Assembly (NCBI RefSeq): GCF_963921235.1
Contig: NC_086118.1
Location: 20,896,001 to 20,960,000, forward strand
Direction of reading: 5' to 3'
DNA from: Mobula hypostoma
Lineage: Eukaryota
Length of the DNA stretch: 64,000 bases
The notes under the pieces are model-generated. The model ran no database searches and was not told the origin of the DNA. It saw nothing but the letters and a program-made list of their open reading frames with translations. Both the position numbers and the translations under genes were made by a program. Positions 11,780 to 24,165 of the stretch are shown piece by piece (within the stretch, counting starts at the first letter, position 1; the number at the start of each line of letters is the position of its first letter).

Positions 11780-12460
11780 TTGGAATTGATTGTGGGTCAG
11801 TGCCAAGCAGGACAATACTGTAACAGACAACATAATAGCAACCAACAAGTTACAAGACACTAGTGTGAGCAGCCAACTATTGACACAAGTGTCAATAATT
11901 AAACTTAAATAAATGCAAACGTGTGAATAGACTGAATAATTATCAACAGAACAAGGAGAGCAGAAAAATCCATTTTATGGATGTTGTACAGGGCCCATTA
12001 GGATATTACATCTCTGTGAGTTTTGTTTAGAACTGGCTAGCTACAGGGAAGTAGCTTTGGAGATGCTGTGTTGTCCTGGTGGTGATGGACTTGTAGCGTT
12101 TCCCTGGCGGCAATTTGGTGAATAGGTGACTGCTAGGATGAGTGGAGTCAGCAGTAATTTTTCCAACTGTTTTCTTTGCTCTGGCAATGAACAAGTCTTT
12201 TAATATCAGTAGTTGACAGTCAGTGATCTTCTCCGCTGAGTGGAGCACTTGCTGCAATCTGGACGGGGAGGGAGGAGGTGGTGGGAAACCAAACAGTGGT
12301 TACAGCACTCTCATTGATGGCTGAGTAACAATTCATCAGGATATGCCCTGAGATATTAAGTTTCCTAAGCTGGTGTAGGAAGAATAATTTCTGCTGGGCT
12401 TTCCAAGTGAAGAGCGTAAATAGGCCACAGCATAATTCGGGTGATAAGGTCCCCATTACC
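11780..12460 (-). mobile_element. Rex1/Babar-like LINE 3' fragment
   Basis: ORFs 12220..12456 (KAQQKLFFLHQLRKLN) and 12027..12257 (DSTHPSSHLFTKLPPGKRY). Confidence 0.8.
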
Positions 12461-13080
12461 GGTGGCTGTCTAGGTCACTTTTATATTTCTGGGTATATTC
12501 GCACTAGAGCTGGAAAGTGTAGTATATGAAGGATCATAGACAATCCCTGACCATAGTGAGTCTTTAATTCACTCTTTCAAGCAGATTAGTAAGTAACTTT
12601 ACATGCATAATTATCTCTATGCAATATACTGTTCAATTATGCTTCATTTTATAACTGTATGTTGTGAGTAGTAGGTGTCTATGCAGTTTATTGTACTGTA
12701 GCCCAAATTTTATTCACGTACAGAATGCTGTTGTTGCTGGGAAGTTTAATACTTAACATTAATCCTCAATTCACATAGAAAAAGTGATGGTGAATTACTG
12801 AGTCCTCTAGTTATGACAGATCCACGCCCTGTTAGGGGTTGTTGACTTGTGAGCTAGCCATGAAAAAAGATAGCCATGTAATACATTTCCACTTGAAGAA
12901 ATATTTGAAGGCGCTCTCCTCCATTCTCTACCCTTGTCTTCAGTGATACTTCCACTAAACTTCAATACATGGATTTGCTTGTCAGAGTTGGCTATTGCCT
13001 GGTTCTTATATTATGTGAAAGTTATTTACTACAAGCCTGAAATTTTTCCATGCCTTTCTGCAGGCAAGAACTCCACTGGG

Positions 13081-13430
13081 AGTGCCTTTGTTGATATTTG
13101 CAACTCATCAAAAAGTGGAATTCTTTGATTGAGTTGTTCTCTGATCTTGGCAACTTACTTGCCAACATTTCGTCAGCATACGGGGAGACCCCGTCAGTGC
13201 ACTGTTGCATCCGAATGCCTGGCCTTTATGTGACGTCCAATCAGCTAATTGAAAAGTACATAAAAGTACATAAAGGCCAAGTATTTGAAGGACCCTCCAC
13301 AACCAACAGCACACTGACGATATTTCCTCGTATGGTGACAAAATACTTTCAAGTAAATTGCCAAGATCGGAGAACAACTCAATCAAAGAATTCCACTTTT
13401 TGATGAGTTGCAAACATTAACAAAGGCACT
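13081..13430. repeat. Long imperfect palindrome (foldback)
   Basis: 13081-13161 is the reverse complement of 13350-13430 at 77/81 positions. Pairing continues inward at lower identity. Opposite-strand ORFs here start with the same 21 aa. Confidence 0.97.
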
Positions 13431-13829
13431 GGCTTCTGACTTAATGAACAGGGCATCATTAATAAAGAAACGTGCACAGACTGATGCAGTTTTTGATTTA
13501 AGGTTGTCATTGCTCTAGAACTTGGTGGTCGTCGAGGAACCCAAATTAGCTGATTATGCTTAAGCAGTTTACTGGATGAGCAATCACGAGCCTTGTTAAT
13601 AACATCTCCCTTGCCTTGTTGATTGTGTAGAAGTAGACTGATTTGGTTGTGTGTTGCCAAATAGGCTTTTCTGTTTTCTTTGGGGGACAGTTTACACCAG
13701 ATCAATTTTCCTCGTTCAGTAGATTGTTACTATTGTAACTGTGCTCTAGCACTGTGGTTAGAGATATGGCTAATCGTAGACCTGTGTCCAAAACCATGTC
13801 TTTAATAAAAATAATTTAGTGCTCAGAAC

Positions 13830-14702
13830 ACATGATATCAAAGACAAGGCACATTTATTGTCAAAGTATACAACCCAGAGATTTGTTTTCCTAGAGACAA
13901 CCATGAAACAATGAAAACCATGGAACCCATTAAAGAAAAGCATCAAACTCCCAATGCGCAAAAAAAGGAACACTGTGAAAATGGGGGAAAAAATGAGCGA
14001 TAAACACAGAATATAAAACACCAAACCGCAATGTCATTGAAAGAGTCCAGACATATCCAGTCCAGCTCAGTTCACCCCGGCCCAGTGCTGTTTCTTGGTT
14101 ATTTGCGTGGCCATAGAGCCAGTCCGCCCCAATCAATATTGCACAAAATGGCAATAAAAAGGAGCAACCAGAAAACCAGAAATACATGATAATGTGAACT
14201 ACACAAACTGCATTGATTAAACCTTGCCCAACACCCATGACTCCAGCAGCATCGAGTGAGAGGGAGAGGCTGGTTATACACGGGTACCTTCTTCAGGGAA
14301 CAGCGAACGCGAGAGAGAGAAGGACCCTGGTCACATGCATCACCTTCCCCTGGCAGCAAAGAGGGACTGGTTACTCACATGTAGTCAGTGCTGAACACCT
14401 GCCCACTTCTGCTTTCATCCAAATCATTTCAATCTTCTTTAACGCTTTAATTTGTGAGATCAGTGAGAAATGGTGGCAGTCGTGGGCTCGGTCCTGTCTC
14501 CAGGCCACACACTTAGCTCAAAACCTCACCAAACTCCCTTGGTAAAGCACCAGATCGCTCAATCGTCCCAAAAACACATTGGCAAAATTGTAGATCACAG
14601 GGTCCAACAGTAGAAAGAAAAAGAAGTTAAAGAAGTGAAAGAAGTCATTTTGTGAACCATTTGGGGTTTTTGCCCTTGTTCACTGGTGCCATCTTCTTCC
14701 GG
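13830..14702 (-). mobile_element. Probable non-autonomous LINE-derived repeat
   Basis: Minus strand begins ccggaagaagatggc and ends gacaataaatgtgccttg, a polyadenylation-signal-like tail. No coding capacity recognised. Confidence 0.4.
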
Positions 14703-15774
14703 ATTGTCATTAGTTGTAATGACATTCAAGAATAATTAAATGTTACTGAACAGGTGAATTTATTCCAAAACTTGTAGATTATGTCTGTCTTCATATACCA
14801 ATACCCTCTTCTAGGCCATTCCCTTTGGAGCTTTCAGATAAAAACTATAATTCTGGTGGTTGAAATACATTTTCTAAAGTGGCATTATTTCTGATATTTT
14901 CCATGATTTGCATGTTTATGTACCAAAGCCATTATGTAGAATATATCTATTTCCACCAACAGTAACCAGAAGCATTTATTTTCAGTTCATGGGTGACCAA
15001 TATTTTATGGTTATTTAGGTTACAGAATCTTGCCCTTTATAGAATTCACAAATCACTTGCCAAATATTTAAGATATGGTGTAAAATCTGCTCTCATAAAA
15101 TTCAAGTGAGAAAAAGAAAGTAAAAGAAAAACCTAAAGGATTCTGTAGGTGCTGGAAATCCAGAGCGACACAAACAAAATGCACATTTTGTGCTGAGCTC
15201 CTCCTTCAGGACTGGAAAGAAAAGGGGAAGAGGGGAGAGGGCAAGGAGCATGAGCTAGAAGGTGATAGGTGAAGCCAGACTGGTGGAAAGTTAAAGGAAA
15301 AAATAAAACTAAATAAAAAGAAAGTAAACATGTATTTGATGCATGTACAGATGACGTGGCTTTACATTCCATAATGTGGAAGTTTGCTATATTGCTTGAA
15401 ATCATTTTGTTTCAAAGCTGTTTATGAAGTTAAATTTATTTCATATGAGGCTGCATACAACTAATAACTTGATCAATAAAATATAAAATCAGTTCATTAA
15501 ATAATAATTGAGAAGTACATCTCTAACCAGTACACAGAGGGATGCACACACCTTCCATACTTATTTATTCTACCTCACTGGAATTGCGTTCAACTTGCAG
15601 ATAAAGGTTAATAATTTTCTAGAGGTTAATAGTGTGATTTATACATACTTAAATTAATAATTTAAATTTCTGGAGTACCTAAAGAACATTAAGGGTGTAA
15701 ACTGATATTAAGTTACTTTATATAACTAAGGTTTCAAATTATAAACATTTATTCCATTTATTCCTTTTCTCTAG

Positions 15775-15806
15775 AGGATTCGGTGGAGCTTTTATGAGAC
15801 CAGCAG
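15775..15806 (+). CDS. TBCD: TBCD coding exon (32 nt): GFGGAFMRPA(V)
   Basis: Pyrimidine tract with ctag acceptor and gtaagt donor. Resembles TBCD GLGGQLMRQAV. Confidence 0.92.
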
Positions 15807-16019
15807 GTAAGTTGAAGATACCATTTCATACCCTTTGACCCTTTAATGTCATATATCCTCATGTTTACTATTTAATATTTTGTATTATAGTAAAAGGTAT
15901 TAATTTATTCCCATAATTATCTTGTGTAAATAGTTTTTTTGAGAAATAACTTGTCATCAATCCTCAGATTCTTTTGCTGCTGAGGACATGGTATACCTTG
16001 ATGCTTGACTTCCTCATGT

Positions 16020-16376
16020 TGGGGGTGGGAACATGGTCACTGGGGGTGGGAACATGGTCACTAGGGGTGGGAACATGGTCACTGGGGGTGGGGTGGTGGT
16101 CACTGGGGGTGGGAACATGGTCACTAGGGGTGGGGTGGTGGTCACTGGGGGTGGGAACATGGTCACTGGGGGTGGGGTGGTGGTCACTGGGGGTGGGAAC
16201 ATGGTCACTGGGGGTGGGGTGGTGGTCACTGGGGGTGGGAACATGGTCACTGGGGGTGGGAACATGGTCACTAGGGGTGGGGTGGTGGTCACTGGGAGTG
16301 GGAACATGGTCACTAGGGGTGGGAACATGGTCACTGGGGGTGGGAACATGGTCACTAGGGGTGGGGTGGTGGTCAC
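16020..16376. repeat. 21-bp G-rich minisatellite, ~17 copies, two variants
   Basis: Units t(g/a)ggggtgggaacatggtcac and t(g/a)ggggtggggtggtggtcac are interspersed. Confidence 0.97.
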
Positions 16377-16949
16377 ATACGCTTCACCTTTGAAATTCAG
16401 TTCTCTTGTGCACATTTTTGAGTCAATAAGCTGTGGCTCAGAATCTACTGGCCCTAAAGGAACATAAGTTAAACATTTGTGAGCAGTTGCCAATCAATAG
16501 AATTGTTAATGACATTTCCCTTGCTTTGATGATTAGGAAATAGACCATTGGTAGTTTTTGTATTTGTTGTATTTGGTAGTTGTAGACAAAGTAACTATAC
16601 ATGAAGAATTTATTTTTTGTTTACTAACAGGCTTTTTAGCATATTAAGTCAACAATGTTAAAATGCAAAGAGAATACAATTACGTATTTCTTGTATATGC
16701 TTAAACTGTGTTAAAAATTGATAAATATTTTTGGAAATTGACTTTACTGAGGGAATTGAACTATTTTGTTAATTTAAATTTATTCATTTGAAAATACCTG
16801 CATCTACTTTTCAGTCTATTGTTTGCAGATGAGCCTTAATTTTTACAAGCTACTTAAATATATTGTTGCTGGTGTGCGAAAACTTAATCCTATAGTTTTC
16901 AAGGGATACAGAAACAGAGACCTAGTGTACTCATGCAAATCTTTGACTG

Positions 16950-17400
16950 CATATGACAAGTTAAGAGGATGGTTAAAATAAATGTTAGATTTTGGGATTT
17001 GTAACAGAAGAATGAAATATGAAATTTGAACTTGTGTAAACTATTAATTGGATTATATCTGGAGTATTGTGCTCAGTTCTGCGTATTAAGAACCTTTTGA
17101 AAGTGCAGAAGAGATTTGCTCACCTCATGTAAGGGTGAAGGGCTTAAATTATGTTGAAAGATTCGAGAAGCCTGAGATGTGCATATAAGGCTAAGGTGGT
17201 TATTAAACCGTGATTGTTTGCAGATAGAAAGGAGAAGCAGTTTCCAGTGTCAGAATAAGAAAAACAGATTCTCAGATAATTAGCCAACAAACCAGATTCA
17301 AAATGAGCAGTGACCCAGTAGGCATTGCTTGAAAGCTTTGGAGTAGCAGGTGCAATCATAATTTTGAAAATGCAATTGGATAAATTATCATATATCCTAG
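16950..17400 (+). mobile_element. Old CR1-like LINE 3' remnant
   Basis: ctggagtattgtgctcagttctg (LEYCAQF) and gtgcagaagagattt (VQKRF). Confidence 0.55.
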
Positions 17401-17581
17401 TCTGATAGCTGAGAATAATCAAGACTCCTTTTTTTTAAGTAAAAGCAGAATATTATATGTTTGGAAAAGTGAAAATATTGTAAAAATGTCATTTATTAAT
17501 GAATTTTGACCAGTAGATTTAAGTATATAGTCAGTTATTAAAACTTTAAGTAACAGAATTATCTTTTGTTCTTTTTTACAG

Positions 17582-17644
17582 TTTGTTGTTTGATTGAAAA
17601 AATGTCACTGTCAAAAATGGCTTTGAAGAATGATCCCATAATTG
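17582..17644 (+). CDS. TBCD: TBCD coding exon (63 nt): VCCLIEKMSLSKMALKNDPII(D)
   Basis: Acceptor tttacag and donor gtaagc. Resembles TBCD VCVLIEKLSLSKMPF. Confidence 0.93.
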
Positions 17645-18741
17645 GTAAGCTGGTTACGATTTAAAACTTGATGTGTATTCTATTACCAGATACCATTATA
17701 GATAAGTTAAGTAGTGAATATAATGGGAGAATTTTAATTTTAAATACAAAATCTGCCATTTTCAGAGTTCAAAAAAATGAAGATTTGGAACATGCTGTAG
17801 AAACTAAGAATAATGCAGTATAATCTTGATGTAGATTTTGACGTCTAAGTTTAATATCTTGTTGGTGCAAACTTAGCAATAATGTTTAATTGGAAGAACA
17901 AATTTTGGAGAAATAGGAAGATTTCAAGGAGTTGATTTTTGTGAACCATACTGTCTTTATCTGATGAAAATTTGTGACGTTATCTTTGTAACCCATTGTT
18001 AGAATTAATTTATATGGAAGAGGAGAAAGAGAGCAATAGTCTAGAGCTGTTTGATTTGTATGAAACAAAAATCCAACGCAGGTGACCAACAAGCTGTAGG
18101 AGGATGTTATCAATAGAAAATAAGCCATATCATGAGTTTCTGTAATGTGAACTCATGTCATCTTCACATGTGTCAAGAAATGCAAGTTGAATCAAAAATT
18201 CTGTTGATTAATTTAATACTTTTCTCGCACATTCTATGAGCTTATTTTATCTCAAAAATTTGGGTAGTGATTTGTGAATTCTGTAATTGAATATCTAAGA
18301 TCCAAATGATATTATGTTGTGCGAGGAGGTGGGTGGGGAATCAACTGCATTGTTTCAGTAATATACTTTAATTTGTAATGTAACTTGTAAATAGTGGAGA
18401 AATAAATGGTCATGTTTATCCTTACTTACTTGGTTAGAATTAGTAAAAGGAGGAAAACATAATTGATAAGTAAACTTGAACGACTATGTACTAGTACTAA
18501 TATAAAACTATTTTTGATTCATTATTTTAAAACAAATATAGCAGACAAAGCAAAAATTGAAACAGAACTAGAAATTAAATGGCTGTTTCGCATTTCGTTT
18601 CTTTTTTTTTGATTTTTCTTGTAGAATTTAATAATATTTGTAATTCTTGAACCTTTTAAGGTGAATAACATGGTTTTATTAGGGTGGCACGCGTAGAGTA
18701 CTTTGTTTACAATTTACAAAAGCAACTTTCCCTTTGGTTAG

Positions 18742-18818
18742 ATGAATGGCAGTGGCTTATTGATGACAGTCTGAAGAGCTTTCACCACTTTACAAGTACC
18801 TCAAAACAGAAAGCCAAG
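18742..18818 (+). CDS. TBCD: TBCD coding exon (77 nt): DEWQWLIDDSLKSFHHFTSTSKQKAK
   Basis: Acceptor ggttag and donor gtaact. WQWLI motif as in TBCD. Confidence 0.93.
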
Positions 18819-18968
18819 GTAACTCAATGTTTTATGGATTGTATTGATAAACATTATTGATAACTGTTGTTAACTGATAAAATTTAGGTGCTCTTTCCTT
18901 GTACAGATTAAATTGCTTAAGTATATTTGTCATAAAAATAAAAGTAATCCTAGTGTGTTAAGTTTCAG

Positions 18969-19050
18969 GAAGCCGTAATCTCAGCACTGACTGCTTTGTG
19001 CAATGAATATTATCAAACATCAGAGGGAACTGCAGATCCTGAAATACAAA
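18969..19050 (+). CDS. TBCD: TBCD coding exon (82 nt): EAVISALTALCNEYYQTSEGTADPEIQ(N)
   Basis: Acceptor tttcag and donor gtaagt. Resembles TBCD DAAVSALAALCSEYY...ADPAIQ. Confidence 0.94.
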
Positions 19051-20664
19051 GTAAGTAATTTACTTGTTTTGCCCTCTTCAATTCATAAATGGATTTTACT
19101 CATATTTTGTTTTATCTTCTGTAGGGTTCATGCATTTAAACAGAACCATCTTCAGATTAGGAATTAACAGTTTCCATATATTTCTGCTACTTTTTTCAAA
19201 AATTTCTCTGCTAAATTAGTCAGTTCAACAAATCTTGGATTTCTCTGTGTGTCTAGTCAAAAAGCAGAAATCAAAAGTGAGCTAGAGGCTAGAAAATGTG
19301 AGCAAATATTTTTTAGTGTTTGACAGCTGGAACAAACATTCAAAATAAGAGAGGGTTTAAGTAGATAGGTGGTCAGTTTGTGGGGGTAGTGAGCTGCTCC
19401 AAAAAAAAAATCTTGGAGCTGTTGTTTTCATTTATATGGCTTTCGTAGTCCATAGGCTACATTGCAATTATAAGCAATGTTCATTTTTAAAATGTCAAGT
19501 ACATATTTATTGAATTTAGGAGTATAACATAAGAGTAAGGAAACAAGTAATGTTACCATATAAGCTTCTTTTCACCCATATTTTAGCTTGGGTTCATTTG
19601 ACCTAATGCCAAATCAGTTCAAGTTATAAAGCTAAGTTACAGGCATTTTTATTTAAAGAAATGCCTTTCAAGACTAATTTTGTCCTTATTTAAAGTATAA
19701 AAAGCTAACATGTGCTTTCACAGATGGCAGCTGTTGTCTACATTCATAGCTCTAGTCTCATTTGTAGGATGTATTATGCAGAGTGGTTCACTGTGGATAG
19801 AATAGCAGCCTTGGATATGAGGGGGAAATGAAAGTGGGGGATTATGGATGGAAGTGGAAGTTGGGAGAGGGGAATAGAGGAGGAGGAGGAAGGGAAATTA
19901 ATCCAGATTAATCATGTAGTTTAGGATAATGAGTTTCTTTATAGTCAGGAGCAGCACGATCAGGCATCTAGTTTGCAATTGCTGGAATATTTGTCTGCAC
20001 AATGATAGGACTTGTGACTCAATGTGGGAGAAACAGTAAAAATAAGAACCATTCCCAATGTAGTCCTTCAACTTTTAGTGGTGCTTGATTTTCTTCATGT
20101 TTTGCTCTTTGGCTAACAGTGAATCAACAGGATTGTGATCTTTTGATCTAATTTCTGTTGCTAAAATAAGACAGAAAAGTATGCTATGGTGAAATGCAAT
20201 GGGAAATGAATAGGGTGAACAGTAAAATAAAGTAAAATAGGGTTTTCTTATGGGCCTGACTTCCATTAAAAAAGAATACAGACATAAAAAATCTGCGTTC
20301 TTTAGGCATGAGATATATATGTATATACATACACACATATTAAGAATAGGCACAGGCAATATTTTTATTACTTTGTCTCTAGGTGTATGTGGTTTTGGGT
20401 TATAAAGATACAAAAGTTACCCATTTTAGAATTATTGGGATTATTAGCAACTAATCATGTACAGTATATTCCTGTGACAAATAAATTCTGGGAAATTACT
20501 GTTAAAATTTATTAATCTAATTTCCCTTGTGTTTCAAATTGACACAATTCATATTCTGCCATTTCTCATAAGGGACAAAATGCTTACTTTGATTAGCATG
20601 TGACCAGTAACTCTGTTATCAGTAAGGTCACTCAGACTCTTTAATTATGGCGTAATGTTTCTAA

Positions 20665-20871
<207 letters not shown>

Positions 20872-21619
20872 TGAAAATGTTGCAATTTATTTAAGGAAGT
20901 TAACAAATTTCAGGACACATGCCGGTGGTGATAAACCTGATTCTCATTCTGAGTGTTTGAAAACGCTATTCCTCTTGAAAAAGCTCCAGATACTGTTACA
21001 CGGCTGGCTGAATGTAATTAAATGTTGATTCACTTAGCTTTTCAGTAAATTTGGAGGTTGTTGCAGAGACAGCTTTGCTGATATTTTTACAGTGCCTTGA
21101 GGTACTTTCTGTAATCACCCTAGCTGTCAAAAGAAATAGGAAAGTAAGAATCACCACTATCTGGTAGTTTATAGGTTTTGAACCACTTCTGAGGTCTTGC
21201 TCTTCAGTGAGTCAACCAAACGTTACGCTCGTGCATTGAAGGCAATGGTGAAATTTGCATAAGTATCTGCCTTCTCTAAAGGGTGGCTCTCAAGTTATGG
21301 AAAGTGGTTCATATTTTCCAGAGTCTAGCTGTTAGAGAGCAATGTGCATGCGCAGAATAATAGTGCAGCTCTGCACACAGTAACATTTCTCCATACAGTT
21401 AGAGCACTTTGTTAGACGATTTAGAACTGAAAGGTAATTTGTCCAAACAGATTGATCATCTGGTGATTTATATTCTGCTGTTTTAGAATTTGAATAAGTG
21501 TGAAAGCTTGTGTAGCTTTTGCTTATTATAAAATATATTGTCTAGAAAATGCGGTTGGAAATTGTTTTTATTCTGCAAATCTCAATTAACAAGCCATTGC
21601 ATGAAATGTACATGGTTCA

Positions 21620-22110
21620 GGGAGGAGGCAAATTACTGGAAGCTGGAGAAATTGATGTTCATGCCATCAGTTTGGAGGCTACCTAGATAGAATATGTGGT
21701 GATTCTCCTCCAACCTGAGCGTGACCTCATCATGATAGTAGAAGCGGACATGTCTGAATGGGAATGTGGATTGGAATTAAAATAGTTCCAATCCTACTTT
21801 TTGCAAATGGAGCTGAAGTGCTCGAGAAAGCGGTCCCCAATCTATGTCGTTTCTCACCATTGCGCAGGAGGCGGCATTGAGACCACTGGATGCAGTAGAC
21901 AACCCACACAGATTCACAAGTGAAGTTTTGCCTCACCTGGAAGGACTGTTTGGAGCCCTGAAAGGAGGTGAGGGAGGAGGTGAATGGGCAGGAGTGGCTC
22001 TTTCTCCACTTGCAGAGATTAGTGAGAAGGGACAAGTGGACAAAGGAATCATGGAGGGAGCAACCCCTGCGGGAAGTGGAAGGGGTGGGGAGGTAGAGAT
22101 GAACTGGTGG
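21620..22110 (-). mobile_element. Penelope-like element GIY-YIG endonuclease remnant
   Basis: ORF 21730..22167 contains SFQVRQNFTCESVWVVYCIQWSQCRLLRNGEKRHRLG, a degenerate FTC..VVYCI.C..C...YIGET.R.L motif. Confidence 0.8.
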
Positions 22111-22836
22111 TAAGGTTCCATTAAATATGTTTTTCTTCACTAGATATGGTAGACGACCCCAATGCAATGTCCTCTACATTGGTGAGAACACTTGTGCTCT
22201 TTTGAGTTTCCCTTCAGAACCTGGAGCCCTTTATGAATGATTAAACCAACTTCCTGTGCATGAGCAAACATGAAAAACTGTCCTGTCATCAATGCCTTGT
22301 ATTCAGGGAATTTTGTTGCATTTCTTTCCAGTAAGGGTTTCATATATTGCTGTTTCTGTCATCTGTTGCACAAGTTTACCACCAGGTTGGCTCAGCCCTC
22401 TCCTGTGGTACTTCAGCAGGGGTAGGTAGAGATGGAAGTGGAGTTGGGAGAACAGACATTGAAAGTCATGTTAAAGGAAGATATTAGCAAATGGTGGAGA
22501 CCATAGGAGCAGAGTTAGGCCATTTGACCCGTCGAGTGTAAGTACCCACTGGTCATATTGTCAGGACCAATTATATTGCACAGAATTTTTTTTAGTGGAC
22601 TCCATAGGCTCTGTGTCCATGCAGCTAGAAAATTAGTGTGGAACACCCACAGTCACAACACCTTTGGCATTCATTCGTCAACATTCCTTCTGATATGCCA
22701 ACTGTGTGACTCTCACTCCACTGCATTATACAACATCTAAGCTAATTTCCAAAAGCTGGAACCTTCGTCAGTAGCTATAGTTTCATAAACAGCTCTGCTC
22801 ATGAAGCTGTTAGACGATACAAAGGGAAATCATTTA

Positions 22837-24165
22837 CAAACCCCATTTCCAGAAAAGTTGGTATATTTTCCAAAATGCAATAAAAACAAAATTCTGTTAT
22901 ATGTTAATTCACGTGAACCTTTATTTAACTGACAAAAGTACAAAGAAAAGATTTTCAATAGTTTTACTGACCAACTTAATTGCATTTTGTAAACATACAC
23001 AAATTTAGAATTTGATGGCTGCAACACACTCAACAAAAGTTGGGACAGTGGCATGTTTACCATTGTGTTACATCACCTTTCCTTTTAATAACACTTTTTA
23101 ATCATTTTGGAACTGAGGATACTAATTGTAGTAGACTTGCAATTGGAAATTTTGTCCATTCTTGCTTGATATAAGACTTCAGCTGCTCAACAGTCCGTGG
23201 TCTCCGTTGTCTGATTCTCCTCTTCATGATGCACCATACATTTTCAATAGAAGATAGATCTGAACTGGCAGCAGGGCAGTCAAGCACATGCACTCTGTGT
23301 CTACAAAGCCACGCTGTTGTAGCCCGTGCAGAATGTGGTCTGGCATTGTCCTGCTGAAATAAGCATGGACGTCCTGGGAAGAGATGTCGCCTTGATGGCA
23401 ACATATGTCTCTCTAAAATCCTAATATACGCCTCAGAGTCAATGGTACCTTCACATACATGCAACTCACCCATGCCGTGGGCACTGATGCACGCCCATAC
23501 CATCACAGGTGCTGGCTTTTGCACCTTCCGCTGATAACAATCTTGATGGTCATTTTCATCTTTGACAGTTTCTTAGGCAGTGCCGCCTGAGGGCTTGAAG
23601 ATCACGCACATTCAACAGTAGTTTCCGACCTTGCCCTTTACGCACTGAGATGTCTCTGAATTCTCTGAATCTTTTCACAATGATGTGTACTGTAGCTGTT
23701 GAAAGACCTAAATTCTCTGCAATCTTGTGTTGAGAAATGTTCCTTTTGAACTGACTAACAATTCTCTCACGAATTTTGGCACAAAGGAGTGAGCCACGAT
23801 CCATCCTTGCTTGCAAAGACTGAGCCTTTGATGGATGCTACTTTTACACCCAGTCATGATACCTCACCTGCTACCAATTAGCCTGCTTAATGTGGAGTCT
23901 TCCAAACCGGTATTACTTGAATATTCTGTGCACTTTTCAATCTTATTTTAACTCTGTCCCAACTTTTGTTGAGTGTGTTGCAGCCATCAAATTCTAAATT
24001 TGTGTATATTTGCAAAATACAATTAAGTTGGTCAGTAAAACTATTGAAAATCTTTTCTTTGTACTTTTGTCAGTTAAATAAAGGTTCACGTGAACTAACA
24101 TATCACAGATTTTTGTTTTTATTGCATTTTGGAAAATATCCCAACTTTTCTGGAAATGGGGTTTG
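22837..24165 (-). mobile_element. Tc1-family DNA transposon, IR-DR type, internally deleted transposase
   Basis: 212-bp TIRs (22837-23048 and 23954-24165) with TA on both sides. ORF 23556..23816 gives the paired-like HTH with GRK motif. ORF 23102..23524 gives VMVW, FQQDNARPH and DLSSIENVW, with 34 residues between D and E. Confidence 0.96.

Noticed and set aside
13098..13413. Two 101-aa ORFs on opposite strands with identical N-termini
   Set aside because: A by-product of the palindrome. Both begin at non-ATG codons, with no splice context or recognisable domain.
15974..16493. Repetitive ORFs, and a superficial CRISPR-like periodicity
   Set aside because: A 21-bp stop-free tandem repeat with no unique spacers and no cas genes, in a vertebrate intron.
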